Shown: positions 1-9,119, counted from the stretch's first letter. The stretch: 64,000 bases of DNA from Candidatus Harrisonbacteria bacterium (GCA_023244835.1 JAHFLN010000001.1:4912-68911); one strand, 5' to 3'. The notes: a model not told the origin generated them from the letters alone. Numbers and translations are program-made.

Positions 1-336
1 CCGGCCGAGGACATCGCCCTTCGGCCGCCGTTCCTATCACCCTGCCTACGCACCCTACCGATTGGATCGAGGTAGAAGACGAGACGATCGCGAAATCCGC
101 CTGACTTTCAGGACTGAATAAGGGTTTCGGATACTCCTTTCCTTCTTCCGTTTCCGCGAATTTCCGGTAGAGTTGCCATTCGAGGCCGGTATCCGCGGCG
201 AAGAGCGCTTGGAGCGATTGGCCGAAATTCGTCGCTTGGCGAATTTGGTAGCGCATGAGGAGGCCGGCGACGGTCGTCGCGCCCAAAACGGTACCTGATA
301 CGATGAGGACGGTGAGAAGCATGACCTGGCCGCGCA
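1..336 (-). CDS. Partial ORF running off window start: hypothetical protein with N-terminal hydrophobic segment
   Basis: ATG at 336 (rc), open frame to position 1; translation MRGQVMLLTVLIVSGTVLGATTVAGLL...; TTGAAA/TATTAA promoter-like upstream; not in ORF track (edge-truncated). Confidence 0.3.
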
Positions 337-402
337 TATCCTCTTAAGAATACGGCAAGCTATTAATATTGGATACCCTCGTCATTTCAATATGACGATG
401 AA

Positions 403-440
403 TAAAAAATCCGCCAGGGAGAGATGAGTCTCCCCGGCGG
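403..440 (-). terminator. Rho-independent terminator downstream of 528..1289 gene
   Basis: Hairpin CCGCCAGGGAGA...TCTCCCCGGCGG followed by T-run on minus strand (A-run 403-409 on plus). Confidence 0.5.
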
Positions 441-527
441 TATTCGGTTTCATGGCGTAATGAGCACCATGGCTCCATAGCGCCCGCATCGGGCTTTTAC
501 GGCGGCTATGAGCGCCGTCAGGGTACG

Positions 528-1289
528 TCACGGAATCCAATCGAATCCCGTTCCGAACCGAAGGTGTCCCAATCGGACGTTTCCTCCGAGAAGCGGTTTC
601 GGCGCACACCAGTTCCGCCAGCCGTTCTGGCGATAGGTGACGCCGGCTCCGACGCCGAGTCCCAAGGCATTCACGCCTCCGCTTGCCAGCGTTTTTCCGC
701 GCGGTTGCTGGTTGTTGCAGCAGCCGGGCTGTCCGTACGGAACGCTCGTTGTCCATCCTTGTGACGGGATTGACGGGCTTTGAAAGCCCTGCGACGGCAG
801 TCCGTTGAATTGCGCGTCCGGGATCGGTTCGGGGGGCGGGTTTTGCGCCCGCACCTCGAGCTGGGTTTGCCGTACGCGCGATTCGCGCGCCCGCACTTCG
901 CGCAGGCGCTCGGCATCTCCCGAGCTGATTTGCGGCGCGCCCTCGAATGCGCATTGGCAGAAACTCCATCCGCATTTCGAGCAGAACTCAAGATTTTTGG
1001 GAATCTTCACTTTGCAGTTTCGATCCGCACAATGATGAAAGTGCCACTCATCGGGCTTCATTCGGCAGCCTTCGCATCGGTGCGAGTGCTTCACCCGTCC
1101 CGTTCCTTCATCGAAGCCGAAGTTGATCTCCGGCTTCCCCTCTTTGATCGGCCGTGCCGTTTCGGGTTGTCCGATGAGGCGCGGCTCGTCCGGAACGCTT
1201 TCCGGATCACCCAGTCGGATGAACGGTTCGTCGGCGAGCGCTGCGCCCACCATCAAAAGAAACGTAAAGGAACACACGAGATGTCGCAT
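528..1289 (-). CDS. Secreted cysteine-rich hypothetical protein (signal peptide, CxxC/CxC clusters, Gln/Pro-rich C-terminus)
   Basis: N-terminal MRHLVCSFTFLLMVGAALA signal-like; AGGAGGAG Shine-Dalgarno 6 nt upstream; terminator downstream; the other ORFs overlapping 382..1349 are judged frame artefacts. Confidence 0.55.
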   Translation of the reverse strand: MRHLVCSFTFLLMVGAALADEPFIRLGDPESVPDEPRLIGQPETARPIKEGKPEINFGFDEGTGRVKHSHRCEGCRMKPDEWHFHHCADRNCKVKIPKNLEFCSKCGWSFCQCAFEGAPQISSGDAERLREVRARESRVRQTQLEVRAQNPPPEPIPDAQFNGLPSQGFQSPSIPSQGWTTSVPYGQPGCCNNQQPRGKTLASGGVNALGLGVGAGVTYRQNGWRNWCAPKPLLGGNVRLGHLRFGTGFDWIP

Positions 1290-1411
1290 CTGGACTCCTC
1301 CTATTCGGTTGACAACGCGTTGGATACGGTCGTATTACGGCCCCTATAGCCCTTTTCCGTCAGGTCGCGTTCTGCGCATAGTATACGCTATACGCTCTAT
1401 TTTGTCAACCT

Positions 1412-1464
1412 CGTTAGAAGCCCGCTTTTTAGCGGCAGTCGCCTAAGGCGTCTTGCTTCTAACG
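1412..1464. repeat. Family-2 palindromic element, short copy: CGTTAGAAGC ... GCTTCTAACG, 33 bp spacer
   Basis: 10 bp perfect inverted repeat 13 nt downstream of map stop; same termini and internal CTAAGGCG as the copy at 24970-25086. Confidence 0.6.
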
Positions 1465-1476
1465 CGGCAAATATTC

Positions 1477-2235
1477 TTATTTCGTAAGTATTATAGGGCC
1501 GTTTTCGGTTATTGCCACCGTATGCTCAAAATGGGCCGCGAATCCCCCTTCTTTCGTCGCGAAGCTCTCGTCGGCCAGCTCTTTCACCGCACCGCTTCCC
1601 AAGGTCACCATCGGTTCTATCGCCAGTACCATGCCCGACTCGAGGCGCGCTCCCAATCCCGGCTTTCCTTCGTTGTAGACAACCGGATCCTCGTGCAGGC
1701 GCCGGCCTATGCCGTGGCCCGTGAGTCCTTTTGCCACATGCATGCCGTGCTTGCGCACGTAGGCATTCACTGCGAATCCAATATCCCCCACCGCATTGCC
1801 CGCTTGGCATTCGTCGATCGCGAGCGTGAGCGCGTCTTCCGTGACCGCCATGAGCCGTTTTGCCTCGTCCGATATTTTTCCGATGCCGACCGTTATCGCC
1901 GTATCCGTATAGAAACCACGATATTTGAGGCCAAGGTCGAGCTTCACGATATCCCCCTCTTTAAGGCGATATGCACCCGGAACGCCGTGCACCACGACGT
2001 CGTTTACCGATGCGCAGATCGATGCCGTATAGGCTTTTTTAGCCCATGCGGGCTTGTATCCTAAAAATGCCGGAACGCCACCCGCCTCTTCCATTAACTT
2101 TTTCGCGAGGAGATCGAGCTCTTTCAGGCGCGCGCCTTCCACCGCCTTTTCCGCGAGCATGTCCGTAACGCGGCGGAGGATCTTTCCGCCTTCTGCCATT
2201 ATCGCGATCTCCTCTTCCGTTTTCAGCTCGATCAT
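1477..2235 (-). CDS. map: Methionine aminopeptidase type I
   Basis: Translation matches the MAP family throughout (…HGIGRRLHEDP…, …GMVLAIEPM…); start taken at internal MIELK abutting the adk stop. Confidence 0.9.
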   Translation of the reverse strand: MIELKTEEEIAIMAEGGKILRRVTDMLAEKAVEGARLKELDLLAKKLMEEAGGVPAFLGYKPAWAKKAYTASICASVNDVVVHGVPGAYRLKEGDIVKLDLGLKYRGFYTDTAITVGIGKISDEAKRLMAVTEDALTLAIDECQAGNAVGDIGFAVNAYVRKHGMHVAKGLTGHGIGRRLHEDPVVYNEGKPGLGARLESGMVLAIEPMVTLGSGAVKELADESFATKEGGFAAHFEHTVAITENGPIILTK

Positions 2236-2810
2236 ACTGATGCCGCGAGCAATTCCTGTACCGAGGCGATTTCCCCCTCCCCTTTCACCTGGATGAGGCG
2301 ACCATCGTAATAGTCGATGACTGGCATGACTTCGGTCGTGAACCATGAGAGGCGGTTTTCGATCGCGTCCGGCGTATCATCCCCGCGCATGCGGGCCGTG
2401 AGCCTCCTGCGCGATTCGTCTTCCGAGATATCGATATGGATCGCCCGCGGAGCCGAGCGGCCGAGATTTGCCATAAGCTCGTCCAAGGATTTCGCCTCGA
2501 AAAGCCGGCGTGGCGCACCATCTAAAATAAGCACCTGCCCCGTGCTTTTCAGGCTTTCCGCGAGCTCGTCGACCAGGAGCGTGAACGCGAGCCAGCTCGG
2601 GAAAGCCGCGCCTTTCCCGAGCATATCTTTTACCCAGGCGCCGATGAGTGTTTTTCGCGCGCCGAGCGCGCGGCCCAAGTCTCCGACCGTAAGGCGTAGG
2701 ACGTCGTATCCCTCCGATTCGAGACGTTTTACGAAAAGTTCCGACTGAGTTCCCTTGCCGCTTCCGGGCCTGCCTATGAATACGAACGTTTTACCCGCGA
2801 GATCATTCAT
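2232..2810 (-). CDS. adk: Adenylate kinase (short form)
   Basis: P-loop GRPGSGKGTQ; position secY-adk-map. Confidence 0.9.
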   Translation of the reverse strand: MNDLAGKTFVFIGRPGSGKGTQSELFVKRLESEGYDVLRLTVGDLGRALGARKTLIGAWVKDMLGKGAAFPSWLAFTLLVDELAESLKSTGQVLILDGAPRRLFEAKSLDELMANLGRSAPRAIHIDISEDESRRRLTARMRGDDTPDAIENRLSWFTTEVMPVIDYYDGRLIQVKGEGEIASVQELLAASV

Positions 2811-2884
2811 GGTGTGAGGATACCATATCGAATTATGAAAAAGGAGTTTCGTACGAATACGAAACTCCTTTTTTCAAATGCGAG

Positions 2885-4159
2885 CTAGAAGCTCGCGTCG
2901 TATTCGCGCACGATGAGCTGGCTGTCGATCTGCTTCATGGTTTCCAAGGCTACGGAGACGACGATCAGGAGTCCGGTGCCGCCGATCGAGAGGCGCTGTA
3001 TGCCCGTGATCATCTGCGTGAGGTTCGGGAGCACTGCCACGAAGCCCAGGAATACCGCGCCGAAGAACGTGATGCGGTTCAGAAGTTTCGAGAGAAAGGC
3101 GGTTGTGGGCTCTCCAGGCCTGATGCCGGGGATGAAGCCGCCTGCCTGCTGGAGGTTCTTTGAGATCTCCTTTGGGTCGAAGGTGACCATGGTGTAGAAA
3201 TAGGTGAAAATAACGACAAGCACGAAGTAGAAGGCGCTGTAGATGCCTTGGTTGTTGAACACGTAGCTCACCCAGTCGTTCACTTTCGCGGACCAGTCGA
3301 GCGAGACGATCGCGATGATCTGCGCGAAGAATTGCGGGAAGAGCATCACGGAGATCGCGAAGATGATAGGCATCACGCCGGCCTGGTTCACGCGGAGCGG
3401 CAGGTAGGTGGCGACGCCGCCGTATATTTTGTTTCCGCGTACGCGCTTCGCGTAAGATACCGGCACTTTGCGCTCCCCCTCGGTAACGAATACCACGGCG
3501 CCGATGATTACGACGCTCAATACGGCGAACGCGAGATAGGTCATGAGCACGGTCGGGTCATAGGTCGCGATCGCCGTCTGCAGTTCCTGGGGTAGGCGGC
3601 TTACGATGCCGGCGAAAATGATCAGGGAGACGCCGTTGCCTATCTTTTGTTTTGTAATCAGGTTTCCGATCCACACGAGCACCATGGAGCCTGCGGTCGC
3701 GATGATTACGTTCGTGACGATCGTATATATACCGAAATCCGTGAAGATTCCCTGGCGGTTCAGGAGGTTTAAGAGGCCATAGGATTGGAGCGCCGCGAGC
3801 GGGATCGTGAGATAGAGCGAGAGGCGGTTGAATTTTGCCCGACCCATGGCGCCCTCTTCGTAATAGAGCACTTTAAGGCTCGGGAAAACCATGGTCAGGA
3901 GCTGCATCACGATCGTTGCCGTGATGTAGGGGCCGACCCCGAGCATCACTATGGAGAGGTTGTTCAACGCGCCGCCCGAGAATACGTTTAGGAAGCCAAG
4001 CAGCTGGTTCGATGAGAACAGCTCGACGAGCCGCGCATGGTCGATGCCCGGGAGCGGGATATTTGCCATCAGGCGGAATATAAGAAGGAGGCCGGCGATG
4101 ACCCCGATCTTTCTCCGGATTTCCGGGATTTTGAATGCCGAAAGGAATCGGTCGAGCAT
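2885..4159 (-). CDS. secY: Preprotein translocase subunit SecY
   Basis: 424 aa polytopic membrane protein, SecY-like sequence, position after rplO. Confidence 0.93.
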   Translation of the reverse strand: MLDRFLSAFKIPEIRRKIGVIAGLLLIFRLMANIPLPGIDHARLVELFSSNQLLGFLNVFSGGALNNLSIVMLGVGPYITATIVMQLLTMVFPSLKVLYYEEGAMGRAKFNRLSLYLTIPLAALQSYGLLNLLNRQGIFTDFGIYTIVTNVIIATAGSMVLVWIGNLITKQKIGNGVSLIIFAGIVSRLPQELQTAIATYDPTVLMTYLAFAVLSVVIIGAVVFVTEGERKVPVSYAKRVRGNKIYGGVATYLPLRVNQAGVMPIIFAISVMLFPQFFAQIIAIVSLDWSAKVNDWVSYVFNNQGIYSAFYFVLVVIFTYFYTMVTFDPKEISKNLQQAGGFIPGIRPGEPTTAFLSKLLNRITFFGAVFLGFVAVLPNLTQMITGIQRLSIGGTGLLIVVSVALETMKQIDSQLIVREYDASF

Positions 4160-4160
4160 G

Positions 4161-4532
4161 CTATTTGACGGTTCCGCCCGCCTTTTCGATCTTCTCGCGG
4201 GCAGTCTTCGAAACCGGGCCGTAGACGGTTACCGCTTTCCTCACTTTTCCCTTGCCGAGGATCTTCACGCCGCGGGGAATTTCCTTCATCGCGTCAAGGT
4301 CACCCACGTTGATGATGGGGAGCTTTTCCCAAATAGGCTTGTTCTGATGGGTGCCGCGGCCGCGCATTTTCGGAAGACGCTGGACCAAGTCGCGAACTGC
4401 GGGGTGGATACGGCGGCCGGCGTGCGCTTTCTGCCCCTTCGTGCCGCGGCCCGAGGTTGTTCCGCGCTTTCCGCCGCGACCGATTCGTGCGCGGGCATTT
4501 TTATTGGATGAGGGTATTTCGTGGAGAAGCAT
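4161..4532 (-). CDS. rplO: 50S ribosomal protein L15
   Basis: Gly/Arg-rich N-terminus GRGGKRGTTSGRGTKGQKAHAG typical of L15; synteny. Confidence 0.9.
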   Translation of the reverse strand: MLLHEIPSSNKNARARIGRGGKRGTTSGRGTKGQKAHAGRRIHPAVRDLVQRLPKMRGRGTHQNKPIWEKLPIINVGDLDAMKEIPRGVKILGKGKVRKAVTVYGPVSKTAREKIEKAGGTVK

Positions 4533-4536
4533 GGTT

Positions 4537-5040
4537 TTATTTCTTCGCTTTCTTAGGTTTCAGCTGGCTCAAGGCCTCGATCGTTGCCAAAGCGTTCGTG
4601 AGCTTGTTGGGCGTGCGGCCGAGCGTTTTTGCCGTGATGTCCTTGATGCCGCATAGCGAGAGGACGACGCGCGCCGCGCCGCCCGCGCGCATGCCGTGGC
4701 CGACCGAAGCAGGTTTCAGGCGGATATGGGCCGCGGAGAACTTCGCCTCGACTTCATGCACTATCGAGCGCTTGTCGAGTTCCACCGTGATGAGGTTCTT
4801 CTTGGCCGCCGCACGGCCCTTTGCGATCGCGGCCGGCACGTCGATGCTTTTCCCTACGCCTACGCCCACGCGGCCCAGGCTGTCGCCAATCACGACCGTC
4901 GCGCGGAAGCGGAACCGCTTGCCGCCCGCCACGACGCGGGTGACGCGGCGCAAGTCGAGGACCTTGTCCTTGAACTCGTCCTGGGGCTGTCGTGCGAAGC
5001 CGCCCTTATTCCCCCCTCCGTATGTGCGCTGTTCTGCCAT
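4537..5040 (-). CDS. rpsE: 30S ribosomal protein S5
   Basis: S5 dsRBD region RVTRVVAGGKRFRFRATVVIGD; directly adjacent to rplO with no L30 gene between. Confidence 0.9.
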   Translation of the reverse strand: MAEQRTYGGGNKGGFARQPQDEFKDKVLDLRRVTRVVAGGKRFRFRATVVIGDSLGRVGVGVGKSIDVPAAIAKGRAAAKKNLITVELDKRSIVHEVEAKFSAAHIRLKPASVGHGMRAGGAARVVLSLCGIKDITAKTLGRTPNKLTNALATIEALSQLKPKKAKK

Positions 5041-5050
5041 ATGTATAGTT

Positions 5051-5386
5051 TTAGAATTCAAGCCCGGCTGCCCGCGCGCCGTCGGCGACCGCCTTCACAT
5101 TGCCGTGGTAGCGGTACGCGCCCCGGTCGAATACGGCCTTCGTGATGCCGGCCTTCTTCGCGGATTCGCCGATTTTCTTTCCGAGTACTTCCGCGCGCGC
5201 GACGCTCTTCTTATCGTGCGCGGAAAACACCGTCTTGCCTGCCGTGTCATCGATCAGCTGAACCGATACGTGCTTGTTGCTGCGGAATACCGTGAGACGC
5301 GGCTTTTCAGCCGTTCCGGTTATGCGGCCCCGCGTGCGGTTCCTGCGCCTCATCCTCTGGTTGTTGATCGCGTTAACTCGTTTCAT
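5051..5386 (-). CDS. rplR: 50S ribosomal protein L18
   Basis: PRLTVFRSNKHVSVQLIDD motif; start chosen at MKRVN. Confidence 0.88.
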   Translation of the reverse strand: MKRVNAINNQRMRRRNRTRGRITGTAEKPRLTVFRSNKHVSVQLIDDTAGKTVFSAHDKKSVARAEVLGKKIGESAKKAGITKAVFDRGAYRYHGNVKAVADGARAAGLEF

Positions 5387-5393
5387 GGTTTCG

Positions 5394-5957
5394 TTATGCC
5401 TTGGCTCCTGCCGCCGCGGCCTTCTTGCCCGCCTTCCTGCGCACGAATTCGCCGACATAGCGGATCCCCTTGCCCTGGTAGGGCTCCGGCTTCTTCAGTT
5501 TTCTGATTTCCGCGGCGACTTTTCCGACCAGTTCCTTGTCGATGCCCGATATGCTCATGATATTTTTCGTCATGACGGCCGCGATTCCTTTCGGAACAGG
5601 AAAATTCACCGGGTGGCTGAATCCGAGCGCGAGGACGATCTTGTCTCCCTCTACCGTCGCGCGGTATCCAATTCCTTCGAATTGAAGCTTTTTCTCGAAT
5701 CCCTGCGTTACGCCCAGGAAGGCGTTTTTGAGAAGTGATGCCATGGTTCCCCAGTTCGCCTGTGCCTGGCGGCCAGGATCGCTTATCGTGACCTGCGCCT
5801 CCTTCTTTCCTTCTGCCTCCTTACTCTCAACCGAGCAATACGGAAGAATGGGGAGAGAGAGCTCTCCTTTCGTTCCCTTCACGTGGGCTATGCCGCCCTT
5901 GATCTCGAGCGTCACGCCGTCGGGTATCCTTACCGGCCGTTTTCCTATCCTGGACAT
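5394..5957 (-). CDS. rplF: 50S ribosomal protein L6
   Basis: MSRIGKRPVRIP N-terminus and two-domain L6 pattern. Confidence 0.9.
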   Translation of the reverse strand: MSRIGKRPVRIPDGVTLEIKGGIAHVKGTKGELSLPILPYCSVESKEAEGKKEAQVTISDPGRQAQANWGTMASLLKNAFLGVTQGFEKKLQFEGIGYRATVEGDKIVLALGFSHPVNFPVPKGIAAVMTKNIMSISGIDKELVGKVAAEIRKLKKPEPYQGKGIRYVGEFVRRKAGKKAAAAGAKA

Positions 5958-6059
5958 AGATATATGCGGTTTGCGAAGTTTTCTCATCATAGCACGGCTT
6001 TTTCCCGCGCGCAATGGGAAAAAAGAACCGGCTTGGCAGACCTGCCTGAGCCGGAACCG

Positions 6060-6545
6060 TTATCGTCCGAAAAATGCCGTGCGTACGAGCTCTAAAGGCT
6101 TCCAACCCGCGAATGCGGGCATCGCTTCCATGTCGGCTAGCAGCTCTTTCACCTCTTCGTCGTCGTGGATCAAGACGGCGTTTCCGAGGCGGTAGAGCGC
6201 GCGCCAATCGTCCATTTCCATGGTTTCGGGAAGCTCGTGGATGGTTCTGCACACATCGCGCCGGAGGTCGTCATACGAAGGTATTTCCACGCGCAGTCCG
6301 ACCTGGCGGCGGATTAGCCATTCGTAGGCGATCGGCAGGATGACCGATGCGTAGGCGAGCGTCCGCGCATCGCGCCTGCAGATCTCCCCCATGGCGAATC
6401 CTACCGAGGCGTATGTCAGTCCGACAAACATGGTTAGCGAGGCCATGATACCCGCCCGTTCGACGCGACACATTGCTCGCGCGCGAATCATCGCATGGCA
6501 CGTTCGGAAGACTGTCATGAAAAAGCCGTACTTTCGGTTGAACAT
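6060..6545 (-). CDS. Hypothetical small protein with one hydrophobic segment, inserted between rpsH and rplF
   Basis: 161 aa ORF; AAGGGGG Shine-Dalgarno 5 nt upstream; own terminator and promoter-like context. Confidence 0.5.
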   Translation of the reverse strand: MFNRKYGFFMTVFRTCHAMIRARAMCRVERAGIMASLTMFVGLTYASVGFAMGEICRRDARTLAYASVILPIAYEWLIRRQVGLRVEIPSYDDLRRDVCRTIHELPETMEMDDWRALYRLGNAVLIHDDEEVKELLADMEAMPAFAGWKPLELVRTAFFGR

Positions 6546-6612
6546 GGCATCCCCCTTTCTCTCTGAAAAGCTTTTTTTATGATGCCATGAAATCTACTCT
6601 ATAGCTATAATG

Positions 6613-6640
6613 AAAAATCCGGCATTGCGCCGGATTTTTC
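6613..6640 (-). terminator. Rho-independent terminator after rpsH
   Basis: AAAAATCCGGCATTGCGCCGGATTTTT hairpin flanked by A/T runs. Confidence 0.6.
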
Positions 6641-6662
6641 TCTTGCAGCGAATTAAGTTGGG

Positions 6663-7046
6663 CTACCAAATTTCGAACAGGAGTTCGCCGCCCATATTCG
6701 CTTTTTTCGCTTCGTGATACGCCATGATTCCTTTCGGGGTCGAGACGACGCCGAGGCCATAGCCTTGCTTTACCGGGCGCAGTTCCTTCGCTCCCGCGTA
6801 GATGCGGCGCGAGGGGACGCTTAAATGGCTTACGCCCTTGATGGCGCCCGATTTCTTTTCGTCGTATTTCAGAATGACCTCGATCACGCGTTTCGGCATT
6901 CTTCCTTTTTTGTTCACGCCCGCCACGTATCCATACTTTGCGAGGAGGTCGAGCACGACCAAGTCCATGTTCGAAAAAGGCACCTTGAGGCTTTCCTTCT
7001 TCGCCGCCTGCGCGTTGCGTATTCTCGTTAAGACGTCTGTGTACAT
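6663..7046 (-). CDS. rpsH: 30S ribosomal protein S8
   Basis: MYTDVLTRIRNAQAA N-terminus, GGELLFEIW C-terminus. Confidence 0.93.
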   Translation of the reverse strand: MYTDVLTRIRNAQAAKKESLKVPFSNMDLVVLDLLAKYGYVAGVNKKGRMPKRVIEVILKYDEKKSGAIKGVSHLSVPSRRIYAGAKELRPVKQGYGLGVVSTPKGIMAYHEAKKANMGGELLFEIW

Positions 7047-7056
7047 ATGATAGGTA

Positions 7057-7242
7057 TTACCACGATGATTTCGTTACGCCCGGAATCTCGCCTTTTCCGG
7101 CCATTTCTCGGAAGCAGATCCTGCACAGTCCGAACTTGCGGATATATCCGCGCTTGCGCCCGCACTTGAAACAGCGGAGCACGGCGCGCGTCGAATATTT
7201 CGGCGTCTTCTTCGATCGGGCTATGACGGATGCTTTTGCCAT
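7057..7242 (-). CDS. rpsZ: 30S ribosomal protein S14 type Z (zinc-binding)
   Basis: 61 aa, CFKCGR...CRIC zinc ribbon. Confidence 0.9.
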   Translation of the reverse strand: MAKASVIARSKKTPKYSTRAVLRCFKCGRKRGYIRKFGLCRICFREMAGKGEIPGVTKSSW

Positions 7243-7245
7243 GGT

Positions 7246-7812
7246 TTATTTAGCGGTTCGTTTCGATTTCGTCCTCGTTTTGGGAGCGGCTGACCTCGCT
7301 GCTGCCATATCCTTCTCTTTCTTGAGCGGCACGCCGAGCGCTTCGTAGAGGGCGATCGAGCGCTCGCGGCCGCGGACCAAGGGCACCATCGTGACTTCGA
7401 GTCCAAAGTCGATCTTCGAGTTTTCAGGCACTATTTCCGGAAATGCGGTGTGTTCCTTGATGCCGATCGTCAAATTGCCGTTGCCGTCGATATTCTTCGG
7501 GTCTATGCCGCGAAAGTCGCGGACGCGGGGAAGGACGATCGCGTTCAGGCGTTCGAGGAAATCCCTCATGCGCTTGCCGCGGAGCGTGGCGTTCATGCCA
7601 ACGATCATTCCCTGCCTCAGTTTGAATCCTGCGATTGAGGCGCGGGCTTTTCTCAGCGCGGGCTGCTGGCCCGTGATCGCTTTGAACTCGGCGATGATTT
7701 CGGGGAGTATCTTCTCCTCGAAGTGCGCGTTCGACGTGGAGAGGCGGCCGATGCCGGTGTTCACCACGATCTTCTGCAATCCGCTTTGAGTTGTCGCTTT
7801 CGTGATCGCCAT
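7246..7812 (-). CDS. rplE: 50S ribosomal protein L5
   Basis: L5 family sequence; synteny between rplX and S14. Confidence 0.92.
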   Translation of the reverse strand: MAITKATTQSGLQKIVVNTGIGRLSTSNAHFEEKILPEIIAEFKAITGQQPALRKARASIAGFKLRQGMIVGMNATLRGKRMRDFLERLNAIVLPRVRDFRGIDPKNIDGNGNLTIGIKEHTAFPEIVPENSKIDFGLEVTMVPLVRGRERSIALYEALGVPLKKEKDMAAARSAAPKTRTKSKRTAK

Positions 7813-7813
7813 A

Positions 7814-8125
7814 TTATTTTATTTCCGCGGAGCATTTTTTGCAGACGCGCGACTTCCCGCCGTCTTTCAGTGTTTTGTAACCGATGCGCGATGTTTTGCC
7901 GCACTTCGGGCAGATGAGCATAACGTTCGCGACGGAGACGAAACGGGGCGCGGTCACGATCTCGCCCTTTTCGCCCTGCTTCCGGGGTTTGCGGTTATGC
8001 TTCAGCATATTCAGTCCTTCCACGAGAACCATGCGGACGGCTTCCTTGGCGCGCAAAACCTTGCCGCTCTTTCCGGCGTCCTTGCCGACCGTCATTTGAA
8101 CCGTATCCCCTTTCTTTATCTTCAT
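7814..8125 (-). CDS. rplX: 50S ribosomal protein L24 with C-terminal CxxC...CxxC zinc-ribbon extension
   Basis: KIKKGDTVQMTVGKDAGKSGKV KOW region; C-terminal CPKCGK...CKKC. Confidence 0.88.
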   Translation of the reverse strand: MKIKKGDTVQMTVGKDAGKSGKVLRAKEAVRMVLVEGLNMLKHNRKPRKQGEKGEIVTAPRFVSVANVMLICPKCGKTSRIGYKTLKDGGKSRVCKKCSAEIK

Positions 8126-8251
8126 GGGAACTTAATGGGAATAGTATATCAGAAGCGGATGCGATTATCAAGGATATTGTCATTTCCTTCTATAATCGGC
8201 ATACTAGCATTCGCACCTTTCCATTACTCCTAATCCAGAAAGGGTTTTGCC

Positions 8252-8596
8252 GTGCATCCGAAACGATCGGTTCCCGCGTGGTACGATATTGCGTTTCGCT
8301 GGTTTTTATCTCTCGTTCTCGTCGCTGACGCTCTCGTCGTGTGCCATGCGTTTTCTCTGGCATTCGCATGCATGGGCATGGCTCCGCACGTGCCTGTTCC
8401 GCACGAGATCCGGAACGCCTTCGATATTTCGTGCATGGGCGCTCTTGGCATACTTATCGCTATCCGGATCGATTGGGGGTCCATGCCCGGACATCCGCCG
8501 ATTTCTGAGGATGCCGATTGGGTTCTCTTAAGGATCTTCTTAATGCTCATTTTCGTCGCCTGGGTCATGATGCGGATTATGGGGCATCCGTCATGA
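8252..8596 (+). CDS. Hypothetical membrane protein (GTG start)
   Basis: AGAAAGGG Shine-Dalgarno; several hydrophobic helices; TATAAT at 8193-8198 upstream. Confidence 0.45.
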   Translation: MHPKRSVPAWYDIAFRWFLSLVLVADALVVCHAFSLAFACMGMAPHVPVPHEIRNAFDISCMGALGILIAIRIDWGSMPGHPPISEDADWVLLRIFLMLIFVAWVMMRIMGHPS

Positions 8597-8626
8597 CTCT
8601 CCGTTGCGATCGATGCTTGTGCTAAA

Positions 8627-8671
8627 TAAAAAAAAGCCTGCTCTATCGAAAGGAATGAGCAGGCTTTTTTC
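8627..8671. terminator. Bidirectional rho-independent terminator
   Basis: A9-GCCTGCTC...GAGCAGGC-T7. Confidence 0.65.
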
Positions 8672-8768
8672 TGGCATCAGACGCATTGCCAATTATTCGA
8701 TGTGACAGTATGATTCCGCGTGAGCACATTCCAATTCCCCCCACCCTCTTTTCCAGAAGGAATTTCCC

Positions 8769-9119
8769 ATGGACCAGGATCCTATGCCTCCCGTGCATAT
8801 TCGCCTCGTCGGCATCGCGGTCGTTCTTGTTTTTGTACCAAGTCTTTGTATGTGGATAACCGGTCTCATCGCCACATGCGCATCGGCCCTGCTTTCGCCG
8901 ATTACTCCGATTTCGCTTGAAGGACGGCGGATATTCGGGATTTCCTCGATCTCCCTTCTTGCGAGTCTGGCACTTCTTCGCCTTATCATCGACCGATATC
9001 CGGGACATGAGATCACGCCGGACAAAGACGCAGGATTTCGCCGTATCTTCGTCCTCGTTTCCGTCATAAGCGCCTTGGCGCTTGTCGTGATGGCCCGGTC
9101 GTGGCGGATATTCAGCTAA
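8769..9119 (+). CDS. Hypothetical membrane protein
   Basis: 116 aa, three to four hydrophobic helices; followed by terminator. Confidence 0.45.
   Translation: MDQDPMPPVHIRLVGIAVVLVFVPSLCMWITGLIATCASALLSPITPISLEGRRIFGISSISLLASLALLRLIIDRYPGHEITPDKDAGFRRIFVLVSVISALALVVMARSWRIFS

Noticed and set aside
382-1349. Multiple overlapping ORFs in several frames (382..975, 564..764, 671..991, 780..1349, 805..1035)
   Set aside because: Typical high-GC frame artefacts; only 528..1289(-) has a signal peptide, a strong Shine-Dalgarno and a downstream terminator.
4457-5506. Long plus-strand ORFs antisense to rpsE/rplR/rplF (4457..5506, 4696..5145, 5274..5738 and similar)
   Set aside because: Antisense to highly conserved ribosomal protein genes; no Shine-Dalgarno; low-complexity Arg/Ala-rich translations.
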